DNA of 64,000 nucleotides from Sulfurovum sp. (GCA_027063305.1 JAMORY010000014.1:47840-111839), one strand, 5' to 3'. Shown: positions 1 to 13,805, numbered from the stretch's first letter. The notes: a model not told the origin generated them from the sequence alone. Translations and numbers: made by a program.

Positions 1-232
1 TGGGTTTTTTACCTAGCTTCTTTTTGGGAGCAGTATATTCTAGTTTCTTTATGATTTTAGGCTGAGAAGGCGAGGCCAAAGAGACTTGAATACGTGACTC
101 ATTCTTTTTGACATAATGTTTTTTATCCACATCACTCCGATGGTTAAAATAAAAGAATAAAGATCCGATCAAAAGCAGATAGATACAAACAGCGATAACA
201 CCCCAGACGGCTTTTAAGAGTATCGGTTTCAT
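1..232 (-). CDS. TolA/TonB-like single-pass membrane protein, N-terminal part only (runs off window)
   Basis: Manual translation from ATG at 232: MKPILLKAVWGVIAVCIYLLLIGSLFFYF...KKKLGKKP (TM helix then Lys/Pro-rich). ATG overlaps the TGA of exbD/tolR. Position follows tolQ/tolR. Confidence 0.65.
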   Translation of the reverse strand, partial: MKPILLKAVWGVIAVCIYLLLIGSLFFYFNHRSDVDKKHYVKKNESRIQVSLASPSQPKIIKKLEYTAPKKKLGKKP

Positions 233-615
233 AATGTAATAAGTGAAACCTTCGTAAAGCCAGCCGCCTTGATGCTTTTAAGAAGATACATCACATCTTT
301 ATAAGACAGACGTTCATCTGCACGAATGTAAACTTCACTCTCTTTATTCATAGTAGAGGAGCGATTACGGAAATCATCGGCAAATGTCACTAAGCTAAAG
401 GTATCATTACCAAGATATACTTTTCTCTCTTTATCCATACGGATCGTAAGGCTTTTAGGTTCTGTCACTTTTCGGGTCTTTGATCCGTCGGGAAGTTGGA
501 TCTGTTCTTGAAATATAATGGTGGGAGCAGTTATCATCAAGATCGCCATCAGTACCAACATCACATCAACCAGTGGTGTGATATTAAGATCCGGATCGTC
601 ATCCCACGAAAACAT
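229..615 (-). CDS. exbD: ExbD/TolR biopolymer transport protein
   Basis: LNITPLVDVMLVL motif and YIRAD..L.Y..V motif. Confidence 0.9.
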   Translation of the reverse strand: MFSWDDDPDLNITPLVDVMLVLMAILMITAPTIIFQEQIQLPDGSKTRKVTEPKSLTIRMDKERKVYLGNDTFSLVTFADDFRNRSSTMNKESEVYIRADERLSYKDVMYLLKSIKAAGFTKVSLITL

Positions 616-617
616 AG

Positions 618-1190
618 CTATGCCTCGTTCTGAGAAAGAATAACTTCAGACTGTGATGCAAGCAAAGAAGAGAGCTCGTACGCCTTTCGTTTCAAAATAA
701 GATGAAAACTGTAAGCAAAGATCGCCACAGCGATCCCCGCCGCTGTCGCGATCAAGGCTTCTGAGATCGCAGGCGCCACAACATTCAATGATGCAGATGA
801 GTCCTTTCCAAGCTTTGAGAAAGTCTCAAGTATACCAACGACCGTACCGAAAAGTCCTATAAAAGGAGAGGTGGATGCGATGATAGAGAGCCAGGTAAGT
901 CCCTTTGTCGAAACTCTGATCGCATCTGATGCGGCAGCTTCCAAGATAGCCTTATTCGGTCTATTCACACGTGCCAGATAAGTAAAAATTAGTGAGTTGC
1001 TCGCCACTGATTTTGACTGACCTGTATAGAGTGCTTTAAGTGATCGTACTTCGGCGGCAATACGACGTGTTAAAAGATAGTATCGATCCAAAAAGATCCA
1101 GAATGTTGCAATGAAATAGAGTGAGAGCACGAGCAGAACGATCATCGTGATCGCACTGCTTTGTGTGAAATAATGTAGTAGAGAACTCAA
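618..1190 (-). CDS. exbB: MotA/TolQ/ExbB proton channel protein
   Basis: IASTSPFIGLFGTVVGI...AISEALIATAAGIAVAI motif. Confidence 0.9.
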   Translation of the reverse strand: MSSLLHYFTQSSAITMIVLLVLSLYFIATFWIFLDRYYLLTRRIAAEVRSLKALYTGQSKSVASNSLIFTYLARVNRPNKAILEAAASDAIRVSTKGLTWLSIIASTSPFIGLFGTVVGILETFSKLGKDSSASLNVVAPAISEALIATAAGIAVAIFAYSFHLILKRKAYELSSLLASQSEVILSQNEA

Positions 1191-1191
1191 T

Positions 1192-1578
1192 TTAGAGAGA
1201 CTTTCCGATCTGTTCTACTTTACTGACCGCTGCGGCAATAACAGTATTGGAAGATTCCGCTTTCTTAAGCAGTTCTTTCGCTTCGTTCAATGCTTTTGCA
1301 AGGTCAGTGTCTTCTCCGGAGAGTGCAACTGCACCGTCAACGATACAAGTGGTCTTCTCTTCGTCCACTTTAACATAACCGGAGTTGATCGCTACTGCAA
1401 CCTCTTTACCGTCCGCTTTGACAATTTCGATCACACCGGTCTCAAGAAGAGAAACCAGTGTTGCGTGTCTTGGAAGCACGCCGAACTCACCTTCTGATCC
1501 CGGTAGTGTCACTTGACGGACATCGTTGTCGAAGATCACACCGTTGGGTGTGACGATTTCAAGCTTCATTAGTTCCAT
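1192..1578 (-). CDS. atpC: ATP synthase F1 epsilon
   Basis: LEIVTPNG...VTLPGSEGEFGVLPRHA. Confidence 0.97.
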   Translation of the reverse strand: MELMKLEIVTPNGVIFDNDVRQVTLPGSEGEFGVLPRHATLVSLLETGVIEIVKADGKEVAVAINSGYVKVDEEKTTCIVDGAVALSGEDTDLAKALNEAKELLKKAESSNTVIAAAVSKVEQIGKSL

Positions 1579-1608
1579 AAGTATCCTTTAGTCAGACAAG
1601 AACTAAGC

Positions 1609-3911
<2,303 letters not shown>

Positions 3912-3923
3912 GATTAGCCTTTC

Positions 3924-5438
3924 TTACGCTGCAAATGAAGCTTTGAAATCTTCGATCGCTTTTCTCAGTTCAGCTTCTGTCTCGTCTGTGATCTTCTTGT
4001 CATTTCTGATCGCATCGAGAACGTTCATGTATTTTGCTTCCATGAATGGCATAAGTTCTGCTTCGAACTTAACAACAGCAGATGCCGGAATATCATCAAG
4101 GTAACCGTTCGCACCAGCAAAGATGATTACAACTTGCTTCTCGATCGGCACTGGAGAGTATGGCCCTTGTTTCAATACTTCGACCATTCTCTGTCCACGC
4201 TCAAGCTGTGCTCTTGTGTGATCGTCAAGATCTGATGCAAACTGTGCAAATGCTTGAAGCTCACGGAATGATGCAAGGTCAAGTCTTAGTGTTCCTGAGA
4301 CCTGCTTAGTCGCTTTGATCTGCGCAGCACCACCAACTCTCGATACAGAAAGACCAACGTTGATCGCAGGTCTGATACCTGAGTTGAAGAGGTCTGTTTC
4401 TAGGAAGATCTGACCGTCAGTAATAGAGATAACGTTTGTTGGAATATATGCCGCAACGTCTCCCGCTTGTGTTTCAATGATAGGGAATGCAGTAATAGAA
4501 CCAGCACCAAGATCATCATTCAACTTCGCCGCTCTTTCAAGAAGTCTTGAGTGTAGATAGAAAACATCCCCTGGGTAAGCTTCACGACCTGGAGGACGTC
4601 TAAGGATCAAAGACATCTCTCTATATGCAACTGCGTGCTTAGAAAGGTCATCATAGAAGATTACTGCATGCCTACCGTTATCTCTGAAGTACTCAGCCAT
4701 TGTTACACCTGCATATGGTGCAAGGAACTGAAGTGCAGAAGAGTCAGCGGCACCGGCATTAACTACGATAGTGTAATCCATTGCTCCATGCTCTTCAAGT
4801 TTTTTTACAGTTGCAGCAACAGTTGATTGCTTTTGACCGATCGCAACATAGATACATACAACATCTTGACCTTTTTGGTTGATGATCGTATCGATCGCCA
4901 ATGTTGTTTTACCGGTTTGTCTGTCACCAATGATAAGCTCTCTTTGCCCACGTCCAACCGGTACGAGTGCGTCGATCGCTTTGATCCCTGTTTGAAGTGG
5001 CTCATGAACAGATTTACGTGCCATGATCCCCGGTGCCTTCTCTTCGATGAATCTATGCTCTGCAGCTTCGATCGCACCTTTTCCGTCAAGCGGCTCACCA
5101 AGTGGGTTAACAACTCTACCCATCATACCGTCACCTACAGGTGTTTTAAGAAGTTCACCGAGTCTTTTAACACTCATCCCCTCTTTGATCCCTGCGCTGG
5201 TACCCAAAACAACAACACCTACGTTCGCCTCTTCAAGGTTAAGAACAAGTCCTCTTGCTCCGTTCTCGAACTCTACAACCTCTCCGGCCATAACATTGTT
5301 AAGACCGTAAACCGTTGTAATCCCGTCCGCGATACCTACTACTTTCCCTACTTCGTTGATGTCAACATCAATCTCGAAGTTCTCGATTCTCTCTTTGATG
5401 ATCGAACTGATCTCATCTGCTTGCAATTTTACTGCCAC
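3924..5438 (-). CDS. atpA: ATP synthase F1 alpha
   Basis: GDRQTGKT; [24 protein letters not shown]. Confidence 0.99.
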   Translation of the reverse strand: MAVKLQADEISSIIKERIENFEIDVDINEVGKVVGIADGITTVYGLNNVMAGEVVEFENGARGLVLNLEEANVGVVVLGTSAGIKEGMSVKRLGELLKTPVGDGMMGRVVNPLGEPLDGKGAIEAAEHRFIEEKAPGIMARKSVHEPLQTGIKAIDALVPVGRGQRELIIGDRQTGKTTLAIDTIINQKGQDVVCIYVAIGQKQSTVAATVKKLEEHGAMDYTIVVNAGAADSSALQFLAPYAGVTMAEYFRDNGRHAVIFYDDLSKHAVAYREMSLILRRPPGREAYPGDVFYLHSRLLERAAKLNDDLGAGSITAFPIIETQAGDVAAYIPTNVISITDGQIFLETDLFNSGIRPAINVGLSVSRVGGAAQIKATKQVSGTLRLDLASFRELQAFAQFASDLDDHTRAQLERGQRMVEVLKQGPYSPVPIEKQVVIIFAGANGYLDDIPASAVVKFEAELMPFMEAKYMNVLDAIRNDKKITDETEAELRKAIEDFKASFAA

Positions 5439-5466
5439 TGATACTCCTTTCTATTTTAATAGATCA

Positions 5467-5994
5467 CTACAATGATTTCTTAATGAAATCAATAAGCTGT
5501 TCCTTAACTCTCTGTTTGGAGAAGTTAACCTCAATACCCAGATCATCCACAGATACACGCAATCCGTCAAGATCACTCTTCTCTTGTTTCAGGCTGATCT
5601 CAGATCCCGTATATTTTGCCAATGTCTGCTCTAACTTACCAAGCTCTTTATCATCAAGTGCTTTCGCACTCTTAACAATACCTTCGTATTTGTTCGATGC
5701 TTTTTGTAGTTCGGCATTCAATACCTTTGCAATGGCAGGAATTAGGTCAAGTCTTTTGTTCTCACCAAGGATCTTGATGAAGTTCGTCAAAACACCGTCC
5801 GTTTTTTTACCCAATGCAGCAAGGATCATCTCTGTCTTCTTCTCTGACGATACGATCGGAGAAGTAAGTACACTCTTAACCTCATTAGCGGAAATCGCTT
5901 CTGTCAGTACATTCAAAACTGCCGCAACAGAAGTGATATCCTTACTGGCAGAAGAGAGAGCCGTTGCATATCGTTTAGCGATCAATTCTTCCAT
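5467..5994 (-). CDS. atpH: ATP synthase F1 delta
   Basis: IAKRYATAL N-terminus; position in atp operon. Confidence 0.92.
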   Translation of the reverse strand: MEELIAKRYATALSSASKDITSVAAVLNVLTEAISANEVKSVLTSPIVSSEKKTEMILAALGKKTDGVLTNFIKILGENKRLDLIPAIAKVLNAELQKASNKYEGIVKSAKALDDKELGKLEQTLAKYTGSEISLKQEKSDLDGLRVSVDDLGIEVNFSKQRVKEQLIDFIKKSL

Positions 5995-6543
5995 TTACGC
6001 CACCTTCTTTGAAATGATATCAACAACTTTTGCTTCATCAAGCATGATGTCATCTGCTGTGATGTTCTCGCTCAATACTTCATCGATCGCTTCTCTTGTC
6101 GCTTTACGCTCTTCAAGGGCGATCTTTTCAACAAATTGCTTTTCCATCACTTCAAGCTCTTGCGCATTTGATTCTGAGATCTTCTTCGCAAGAACGACTG
6201 CTTCTTTCTTTGCATCTTCGATAATCTGCTCAGCTTTCTGGATGCTTTCATCCAAACGTGCTTGTGCCTCTTTCTTCTCATCTTTTGCCGCTTGAAGCTT
6301 CGCTTCGATCTCTTGTAGCTGAGATGCGATACCCTGACTTCTACCTACAAAGAAATCTTTGATAGGCTTTGCCAAAAGATACCAAGCCAATGCAGCAAAG
6401 ATCGTGAAGTTGACCACTCTTGGCCAAAAGTCACTCTCTCTACCCGTTTGAGCGAGGTAACGACTAGCCTCTTCACCGTGACCACTGCTTGCCAAAAGTA
6501 TAGCCGGCAGTGCAAGAAGAGATAGTAATGCTATTTTTTTCAT
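5995..6543 (-). CDS. atpF: ATP synthase F0 subunit b
   Basis: Start taken at MKKIALLSLL (6543) rather than the track's upstream extension; RVVNFTIFAALAWYL TM then coiled coil. Confidence 0.88.
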   Translation of the reverse strand: MKKIALLSLLALPAILLASSGHGEEASRYLAQTGRESDFWPRVVNFTIFAALAWYLLAKPIKDFFVGRSQGIASQLQEIEAKLQAAKDEKKEAQARLDESIQKAEQIIEDAKKEAVVLAKKISESNAQELEVMEKQFVEKIALEERKATREAIDEVLSENITADDIMLDEAKVVDIISKKVA

Positions 6544-6559
6544 ATCTTTATCCTTTCCC

Positions 6560-6982
6560 TTACAGCTTGCTGAACTTGGCTTTGAGGCTCTCTTTGAAAA
6601 GAGGCATTTGTGAAAGAAGATCATTCTTGAGCTTCTCTTTCTCTTCTGCAAGATTTGCAACGAAATCTGCATACGCTTTGTCCAATTCGGCTTGTTTTGT
6701 TTCGACTTTACTTGCCGCCAAAGCTTTCTCTTCTTCAATGGCTTTCTGTCGGATCGCAGCAGCTTCACTCTTAGCATTGCTAAGATTCTCTTCCGCTTTT
6801 GCATTGAGTTCATCGCTATTGCCGCTCAAACCCTTTGCCGCTTCCAAATCTTTTGCTATGGAACGATCACGATCATCCATGAATTTCAACAACGGTTGAA
6901 ACAGCATACGATTTAAAACGACAAGAAGGGTAAGAAACAACGCAAAGACGAACAACATCAACGATACATGTATGTCAAGCAT
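6560..6982 (-). CDS. ATP synthase F0 subunit b'
   Basis: TM then LLKFMDDRDRSI coiled coil; upstream of atpF. Confidence 0.88.
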   Translation of the reverse strand: MLDIHVSLMLFVFALFLTLLVVLNRMLFQPLLKFMDDRDRSIAKDLEAAKGLSGNSDELNAKAEENLSNAKSEAAAIRQKAIEEEKALAASKVETKQAELDKAYADFVANLAEEKEKLKNDLLSQMPLFKESLKAKFSKL

Positions 6983-7044
6983 TCAAACTCCTCTAGTAAT
7001 TTCGCATTATATTACCATCTTATTGATGAGATAAGGGTTAATTT

Positions 7045-7914
7045 TCAGCGATTTTTGAGGAATGTAAGAAAGTTTGTCAGCTCTTGCGTATTTTTGAAAG
7101 AAATCTCGATGCGGTCGCCTTTGAGCTTATGTGGGAACGGTAGCAGATCTGCAATCTCCTCTTCGTACGGTTGGAGGGAAAAACGCATCTCTTTGGGCTT
7201 TTGGGAAGTATGTGAAGAGATCGAGGCATTCTTTACCATTCTCTCTACGTCTCGTACGCTTAACTTCTGCCCGATAATGGAGTCGATCATGATCTTTTGA
7301 CGCTTCTCATCAAGACCGACCAATACTTTGGCATGTCCTTGCGTGATCTTTCCGTTGACAAGCTGCTCTTTTGCATACTTACCCAGAGCAAGAAGACGCA
7401 TGGTATTGGTGATCTGAGAACGACTTTTGTGAACGATCTTTGAAAGCTCCTCGTGGGTGATCTTATGTACTTCGATCAACTCAGCATAGGAGTTCGCAAG
7501 CTCGATCGCATTCAGATCCTCACGTTGGATATTTTCTATCAGTGCCAGTTCACGGAGGCGGAACTCGTCGATATCGATATTGGCAACGATCGCCTTTATC
7601 GTAGAGAGCCCTGCTAACTTATGGGCACGAAGACGACGCTCTCCTGCGATCAGAAGATAACCGCCCTCTTTCTCGATCACAACGATCGGTTGTAGCAATC
7701 CATGCTCTTTGATCGAGGCACTTAACTCTTGTAGCGCCTTTTCATCAAAATGTTTACGAGGCTGAAAGGGGTTGGGGGATATCTCTTCAACATCTATCTC
7801 CTCCACCCTTGCACCCTGTGCTTCAAGATCGAACTCATCGATGCTGCTAAGGTCTTTTTCGTACGCTTCTTCCACCTCTGAGAGTATCGCTCCCAGTCCT
7901 CTTCCTAATGCCAT
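7045..7914 (-). CDS. parB: ParB/Spo0J partition protein
   Basis: ALGRGLGAIL; NPFQPRKHF; IAGERRLRA. Confidence 0.96.
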   Translation of the reverse strand: MALGRGLGAILSEVEEAYEKDLSSIDEFDLEAQGARVEEIDVEEISPNPFQPRKHFDEKALQELSASIKEHGLLQPIVVIEKEGGYLLIAGERRLRAHKLAGLSTIKAIVANIDIDEFRLRELALIENIQREDLNAIELANSYAELIEVHKITHEELSKIVHKSRSQITNTMRLLALGKYAKEQLVNGKITQGHAKVLVGLDEKRQKIMIDSIIGQKLSVRDVERMVKNASISSHTSQKPKEMRFSLQPYEEEIADLLPFPHKLKGDRIEISFKNTQELTNFLTFLKNR

Positions 7915-7918
7915 AATA

Positions 7919-8707
7919 TTATCCTCTTGCGATCACAGCAGCGAGGTCACGGTATGCCAATGAACCTTTGGATGCGGTGGCATAGGCAGTGACGGGCTTA
8001 CCAAAGCTCGGACTCTCTGCGATCTTGACATTACGCGGAATGACGATACACTCCTTCGAGTTCTTCTTCTTATGGAAGAGCTTATCTTTGAAATGGTGGG
8101 AGAGATCTGCCAAGACCTGCTTGGAAAGATTGTTCTGCTTAGAGTACATCGTAGGCAGGAAACCTTTGATCTTGAGCTTCGGATTGATCGTCTTCTTAAG
8201 CAAGCTGACCGTATTTAAAAGCTGTGCCAACCCTTCAAGTGCAAAGAATTCACATTGGATCGGTATGATGACCGAGTCGGATGCACTCAAAGCGTTGATA
8301 GTGATAGGACCCAGTGCCGGAGGTGAATCGATGATAATGAAATCATACTTATGGGAGACCTCTTTGATCTTCTCTTTGAGTACCAGTTCACGATTCTTCT
8401 TCTTTGGATTGTAGAACTCTTTCTCAATACCGACAAGACCTATGTTGGAAGGAGCAAGATCGAGCTTTTTGATCGCTGTTTTCAAGACCACTTCCGAGAG
8501 TTTCTTGCTCCCGATCAGTACATGGTAGATATTGTATTCATAATCGTTTCTGCTGAATCCCAGACTCGTTGTGGCATTGGATTGCGGATCGATATCGAGT
8601 AGGAGCACCTTTTTACCTTTTTCAGCCAAAGATGCCGCAAGGTTCACTGCTGTTGTCGTCTTTCCTACGCCACCTTTTTGGTTGGCAATACTAATTACTT
8701 CGCTCAT
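7919..8707 (-). CDS. parA: ParA/Soj ATPase
   Basis: NQKGGVGKTTT deviant Walker A; DIDPQSNAT; IPRNVKIAESPSFG. Confidence 0.96.
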   Translation of the reverse strand: MSEVISIANQKGGVGKTTTAVNLAASLAEKGKKVLLLDIDPQSNATTSLGFSRNDYEYNIYHVLIGSKKLSEVVLKTAIKKLDLAPSNIGLVGIEKEFYNPKKKNRELVLKEKIKEVSHKYDFIIIDSPPALGPITINALSASDSVIIPIQCEFFALEGLAQLLNTVSLLKKTINPKLKIKGFLPTMYSKQNNLSKQVLADLSHHFKDKLFHKKKNSKECIVIPRNVKIAESPSFGKPVTAYATASKGSLAYRDLAAVIARG

Positions 8708-9354
8708 CTTCTGCTAAATACCTTTTTCCCGTCAATAGATAGAGAGCCGTCTTCGCATAAAGATGCGTTCTCAAGGCTCATTTTTTCACTTTCAATATGG
8801 GTTTCATACCCTTTACTCTGTTCAAATTCTACCCGATACTCACTAAAAACCTGCTTCCAAGAAGGAAACTCGCACAGCACTTCCAGATACTTTTCCAATA
8901 GTGTTTTTGCACTGATATCCACTTCGATACACCCGTATGGTACAGGTGCCTCTTTCAAGTTAATACCCATACCGCATATTAGTGTATCGCAACACTGTTT
9001 CGTGATCGTCCCTCCAGCTTTCTTCCGACCTACATAAAGATCGTTCGGCCACTTCAACCACACCTCTTGATGATAGGAAGAGAGAAGTTTCTTCATGATA
9101 AAAGAGAAGTAGATCGAGGCTGATGCGATGGGAAGATCTTTAGGAAGCATCGCAATATCTACGGCAAAAGAGGCAAAGAAATTCCCCTTTGACCCTTCCC
9201 ATCGGTTCTCTCTACTACCGATACCGTCATATTGATCTTCCGCCATCACTGCGATCGGTGCCTTCAGTGTACCTTTCGATATCGCATCACTCAAATAGGT
9301 CTGAGTCGAAGGGAGCGAAGAGAAGTGCAGAACAGAGAAAACACAACTAGGCAT
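8704..9354 (-). CDS. birA: Biotin--protein ligase
   Basis: STQTYL; GIGSRENRW; WLKWPNDLY. Confidence 0.92.
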   Translation of the reverse strand: MPSCVFSVLHFSSLPSTQTYLSDAISKGTLKAPIAVMAEDQYDGIGSRENRWEGSKGNFFASFAVDIAMLPKDLPIASASIYFSFIMKKLLSSYHQEVWLKWPNDLYVGRKKAGGTITKQCCDTLICGMGINLKEAPVPYGCIEVDISAKTLLEKYLEVLCEFPSWKQVFSEYRVEFEQSKGYETHIESEKMSLENASLCEDGSLSIDGKKVFSRR

Positions 9355-10279
9355 GGCTTGGAAGCTCTAGAAGCAGATCCCCTATCTTCAACCCTCTTCC
9401 GATCGTATATGCACGTGCGCTCATCGGTTTTTTTGAAACCGGCTGGATCGTTCCTATCTCCAAACTTCCACATCCACAACCGATGATCACGCTCTCCTCT
9501 TCGAACGCAAGGATCTCAAAAGGTCTGTGTAACAACTTATCCTCCACCAAAGAGAGATCATCGAACTTTGTACCGTTTTGGGCAAAGATACCCGGCCACC
9601 CCTCAAAAGCACGATATTTATTATATACTTCACGTGCATCGACCATATGTACCAATCCGTCTTGCTTCTTGATCTTTTTACACAAAGAGGCTTCCGATTC
9701 GTTCTGTACGACAGGAGTGATCTTCTCGTAATCTCTCAGTGTACTTAGTGTTAGGATCGCAGCATCTTTGGTAAGCTGATCCATCAATGCAAAAAGTCTC
9801 ATATCTTCAGGGATCTCAAAAACGATCTTCTCCAACATCGGCCCTGTATCAAGTCCTTCTTCCATCAACATAGAGGTCACACCTGTTACTTTATCTCCGT
9901 TAAGTAGTGCTTGCTGAACAGGTGATGCCCCACGATACTTTGGAAGTAAAGAGGCATGGAGATTGATACATGGTGCGATATCGAGAATCGAATGAGGCAG
10001 TATCTGTCCAAATGCGGCAACTACGATGAAATCCGGAGCTTCATTGACGATCGCTTCATAAACCCCCTCGTCACTTAAGCGCTGTGGCTGCATTACAGAG
10101 ATATTGTGTGCTTGAGCCAGCACTTTTACCGGTGGTGGGGTCATCACCTTTTTTCTGCCTACCGGACGATCAGGCTGTGTCAAGACAAGTCCCACATCCA
10201 TATCATCCGCTTCTATAAGCGTACGGAGGATCTCTTCAGCATAGTGCGGGGTTCCCATGTAAACGATTTTCTTCTTCAT
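9347..10279 (-). CDS. fmt: Methionyl-tRNA formyltransferase
   Basis: YMGTPHYA; INLHASLLPKYRGASP. Confidence 0.97.
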   Translation of the reverse strand: MKKKIVYMGTPHYAEEILRTLIEADDMDVGLVLTQPDRPVGRKKVMTPPPVKVLAQAHNISVMQPQRLSDEGVYEAIVNEAPDFIVVAAFGQILPHSILDIAPCINLHASLLPKYRGASPVQQALLNGDKVTGVTSMLMEEGLDTGPMLEKIVFEIPEDMRLFALMDQLTKDAAILTLSTLRDYEKITPVVQNESEASLCKKIKKQDGLVHMVDAREVYNKYRAFEGWPGIFAQNGTKFDDLSLVEDKLLHRPFEILAFEEESVIIGCGCGSLEIGTIQPVSKKPMSARAYTIGRGLKIGDLLLELPSHA

Positions 10280-10356
10280 TTGATCTCTTCTCTTTCTTGT
10301 AGGATTAATGTGTAACGATCACCATCGATTTTGCGCGAATCATACCAACGGTATGC

Positions 10357-11139
10357 TTAATTCTCTAATCTATACTCTTTCTCATCGGTAAAAAGCGTAC
10401 CTCCCAGATGCTTTTTTTCAAGGAGAAATGACCGAATATCACTTAGGTTAAAACCTGATGCAAGAAACATCGCTCTTTGATGTTTCATCAAGAAGTCTGC
10501 AGACTGCAACTTGGTTACGATACCTCCGGTCGCAAACTCATTATTGGGAGTATGCTCCGCCTCCAACTCCTCTTGGGAGATACTTGTAACCACTTTTCGC
10601 ACCACAGCGTCATCATATCGATTGGGATCTTTATCGTAAAGAGCATCGATATCCGAGAGTATCACAAGCATCTGCGCATCAAAGTAGTGTGTTACATGGG
10701 CAGAAAGCCTGTCATTATCCCCAAAAACCAACTCTTCGATACTGACCGTATCGTTCTCATTGATAATAGGCACCACACCATTGGCAAGCAGTGTATCGAT
10801 CGCGACCTTGGCATGTGCCGTTGCCTTCCGTGAGTCAAAAACCTCCGCACTTAAAAGTACTTGAGAACAGATGATATCACGCTTGGCAAATTTTTCTTGA
10901 TACATTTTCAAAAGAAGCGGTTGACCGATCGCAGCCAACGCTTGACGGTTCGCTACAGATGTACGATCAAGCGGAAGCTGAGTATAACCTGCCGCTACAG
11001 CACCGGAACTGACAAGTATCACTTCATATGCCGCCGACTTTAGATCGGAGACCAGATCAACCAAAGCACGCATTCTCTCTTTTGCGATCGTACCGTTTTC
11101 GGTCAATACATGAGACCCTACCTTGATGACCAGACGCAT
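10357..11139 (-). CDS. proB: Glutamate 5-kinase (no PUA domain)
   Basis: VIKVGS; VSSGAVAAG; PIINENDTV; FGDNDRLSA; TGGIVTKL. Confidence 0.95.
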   Translation of the reverse strand: MRLVIKVGSHVLTENGTIAKERMRALVDLVSDLKSAAYEVILVSSGAVAAGYTQLPLDRTSVANRQALAAIGQPLLLKMYQEKFAKRDIICSQVLLSAEVFDSRKATAHAKVAIDTLLANGVVPIINENDTVSIEELVFGDNDRLSAHVTHYFDAQMLVILSDIDALYDKDPNRYDDAVVRKVVTSISQEELEAEHTPNNEFATGGIVTKLQSADFLMKHQRAMFLASGFNLSDIRSFLLEKKHLGGTLFTDEKEYRLEN

Positions 11140-12266
11140 TACGCCTCCTCGCTCTCTTCTTTCTCTTGGGCTTCTACATTCTTGACAAAATCACCCAATG
11201 CATAGCGTAACGCTTCCGTATTGATATGTGCTACAGAGGAGATTGGAAGTACGAAAAGCGGTTCAGTCTCCGGTAACTTCACGCCATGATCGGTCCTAAA
11301 TCCATAACAGACATACCCCATATCCGCTTTATACTGCTTCAACTTATCATTGGCATCAAGCCCGATATCGGCTAAGAACTGTGAGGTCAAAGCATTCACT
11401 TCATCTTGAGATAGAGAATCGATCTTGGTAATGGCAACGGCATGTTTGCGTTTTGCCAGAGTCTCGGAGTATCTCTTCAACTCTACCAATAACGTTTCGT
11501 ACTGGTACTTCATCTCACGGTAGTTGGCAGCATCGATCATTAAAAGCAGGGTCTTGGTACGCTCGATATGCTTTAAAAATTCCAGTCCCAGACCTCTACC
11601 GTCACTTGCCCCTTCGATGATCCCCGGTATATCCGCCATCATGAACGAATCGTAATCACCGATATGTACAACACCCAACTTCGGTGTCAATGTGGTAAAT
11701 TCATAGTTCGCCACTTGAGGGCGTGCATTGGAGAGTGTAGCGATAAGTGTTGATTTTCCTACGTTCGGATACCCTACCAACCCTACATCGGCAATAAGCT
11801 TCATCTCCAGTCTGACATGTTTGGTAATGCCCGGAAGTCCGGGCTGTGCATAGGTCGGTCTTTGGTTGGTCGCACTTTTAAAATGCATATTCCCCAAACC
11901 GCCTTTCCCGCCCTCAAGGAACTTGACGATCGTTCCCTCTTCAACAAGGTCAAGGAGTTCCTCTCCTGTTTCCATATCGATCACGGTTGTACCCGGAGGA
12001 ACGGTAATAGTAACATCCTTCCCTTTGCGACCGTATTTCTTACGCCCCTCTCCCGGACGTCCGTTCTCCGCTTTAATATGATTACGACCCCTTAGACCTG
12101 AAAGGGTATCGGTATTGTTATCGACTTTAAAAAAAACCGATCCACCACGCCCTCCATCACCACCGTCAGGGCCACCTTTAATAACAAATTTCTCCGTCCA
12201 AAAAGAGATGGCACCCGCCCCTCCCTTTCCTGAACTAATCGTTAGTTCTACACTATCTACAAACAT
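11139..12266 (-). CDS. obgE: GTPase ObgE/CgtA
   Basis: Gly-rich Obg fold; GYPNVGKST; DIPGIIEGA. Confidence 0.97.
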   Translation of the reverse strand: MFVDSVELTISSGKGGAGAISFWTEKFVIKGGPDGGDGGRGGSVFFKVDNNTDTLSGLRGRNHIKAENGRPGEGRKKYGRKGKDVTITVPPGTTVIDMETGEELLDLVEEGTIVKFLEGGKGGLGNMHFKSATNQRPTYAQPGLPGITKHVRLEMKLIADVGLVGYPNVGKSTLIATLSNARPQVANYEFTTLTPKLGVVHIGDYDSFMMADIPGIIEGASDGRGLGLEFLKHIERTKTLLLMIDAANYREMKYQYETLLVELKRYSETLAKRKHAVAITKIDSLSQDEVNALTSQFLADIGLDANDKLKQYKADMGYVCYGFRTDHGVKLPETEPLFVLPISSVAHINTEALRYALGDFVKNVEAQEKEESEEA

Positions 12267-12385
12267 ACTTTTCTACCTTTATATTAAAAAACGATCTCTT
12301 ATTTAAGGATCATATCAGTGGTGTAATTATATCCAAACTTGAACAATCTTTGATATAATTCTTCATATTAACCAAAGAGGTAACA

Positions 12386-12688
12386 ATGATCCGACTTTAC
12401 TCCCGATATATACTGCTAACTACCGCTACATTCTTTCTCTTAGCGTGTAATATCACTCCTTCCAATATACCCAATGGATTTTACTACCATCATATCTACT
12501 TCGGTCAATCTCTTACGTCAATGCAAAAAGAAGGCATTAAGGACGGATGTGAGACTGCAAGAGGTTTCTATACAAAATCACACTGGAATTTTAACAATAG
12601 ACCCGAATATTACAAAGGATGGTTTCTAGGAAGAAAAAAGTGCCGCTATCTGCTTCGTATCGATGACAATGGTGATTTAATACGCTAA
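12386..12688 (+). CDS. Hypothetical lipoprotein
   Basis: Lipobox LLAC; TGaTATAAT extended -10 at ~12352-12360 upstream. Confidence 0.65.
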   Translation: MIRLYSRYILLTTATFFLLACNITPSNIPNGFYYHHIYFGQSLTSMQKEGIKDGCETARGFYTKSHWNFNNRPEYYKGWFLGRKKCRYLLRIDDNGDLIR

Positions 12689-12704
12689 AAGAAAAAATGA
12701 AAGT

Positions 12705-12726
12705 CCGATCCGGAAGACCGGATCGG
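12705..12726 (-). terminator. Intrinsic terminator after rpmA (possibly bidirectional)
   Basis: CCGATCCGG-AAGA-CCGGATCGG perfect 9-bp stem; T-rich tail on the minus strand. Confidence 0.75.
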
Positions 12727-12737
12727 GTTTGCAGTAA

Positions 12738-12992
12738 TTATGCAGGGATAACAGAAACTCTTTTTTGTGTTCTGCTGTGGTTCTCGAACTGGACAGTCCC
12801 CTCAACAAGTGCAAAGATAGTATGGTCTTTACCCATACCTACACCGTTACCAGGCTTCACTTTTGTTCCTCTTTGTCTGATGATAATGTTCCCAGGGATT
12901 ACTTTCTCACCACCAAATTTCTTTACACCTAAGCGGCGTCCAACGGAATCACGGTTATTCTGGGTAGACCCTTGACCTTTCTTGTGTGCCAT
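12738..12992 (-). CDS. rpmA: 50S ribosomal protein L27
   Basis: [16 protein letters not shown]. Confidence 0.99.
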   Translation of the reverse strand: MAHKKGQGSTQNNRDSVGRRLGVKKFGGEKVIPGNIIIRQRGTKVKPGNGVGMGKDHTIFALVEGTVQFENHSRTQKRVSVIPA

Positions 12993-13007
12993 TCTATCTC
13001 CTTATGA

Positions 13008-13313
13008 TTATGCGATTTTAGTAATTCTAACTCTTGTGAAGTCTCTTCTGAAACCTCTTTTTAGTTTAGAATCTTTTCTTCTTCTTTTCTTATAGATAAC
13101 GACTTTCTTGTCTCTACCTTCGTTGATAACTTCACCTTTAACTACAGCACCCTCTACGAAAGGTGTACCTACTGTCAATTCACCGTTATCAATTGCCAAA
13201 ACCTCTTTGAACTCTACAGCCGACTTCGGCTCAAGACCCATTTTGTCAAAACAGATGATATCGCCCTCTTGGACTTTGAACTGCTGACCACTTGCTTTAA
13301 TGATTGCGTACAT
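13008..13313 (-). CDS. rplU: 50S ribosomal protein L21
   Basis: [14 protein letters not shown]; KRGFRRDFT. Confidence 0.98.
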   Translation of the reverse strand: MYAIIKASGQQFKVQEGDIICFDKMGLEPKSAVEFKEVLAIDNGELTVGTPFVEGAVVKGEVINEGRDKKVVIYKKRRRKDSKLKRGFRRDFTRVRITKIA

Positions 13314-13398
13314 TGCAAACCCTTTACTATCTGTGTATTTTAAAAAAGTTCGTGATTATATCGAAACAATGTTTAATATAGTTTTAAATCACTCTACT

Positions 13399-13794
13399 TT
13401 ACCCGAAATCGACCTGTTGATCCGCAAAGGCAATACATTCTATCTCTACCAGTGCATTCTTCGGTAGTGTCTTGACCGCAATCGTACTACGTGCCGGTTT
13501 ATGATCACCAAAGAAGTGTTCATAGATCTCATTGACCTTGGCAAAGTCATCCATATCGGCAAGATAGATCGTTGTTTTGATCACATCATTAAAGCCTGCT
13601 CCCGCTTCTTGAAGAACATAGTAGAGGTTCTTCAATACCTGTTTCGTCTGATATTCGATACCACGCGTCTCCATCGTTCCGTCAGGCATCAATGCGATCT
13701 GACCGGAGGTATAGACCAAACCGTTCGCTACGATCGCTTGAGAGTATGGTCCGATAGCCGCAGGTGCTTCTTTGGTTGCTATTATTCTCATCAT
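13399..13794 (-). CDS. RidA/YjgF enamine deaminase
   Basis: APAAIGPYSQA; PARSTI; LPKNALVEIECIA. Confidence 0.93.
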   Translation of the reverse strand: MMRIIATKEAPAAIGPYSQAIVANGLVYTSGQIALMPDGTMETRGIEYQTKQVLKNLYYVLQEAGAGFNDVIKTTIYLADMDDFAKVNEIYEHFFGDHKPARSTIAVKTLPKNALVEIECIAFADQQVDFG

Positions 13795-13805
13795 AGTGTA
13801 ATCCT

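Noticed and set aside
6544-6813. N-terminal extension of atpF in the ORF track
   Set aside because: It overlaps atpF' in another frame; a better start with an RBS lies at 6543.
7045-8707. parS sites near parAB
   Set aside because: No TGTTTCACGTGAAACA-like palindrome seen by eye in the window.
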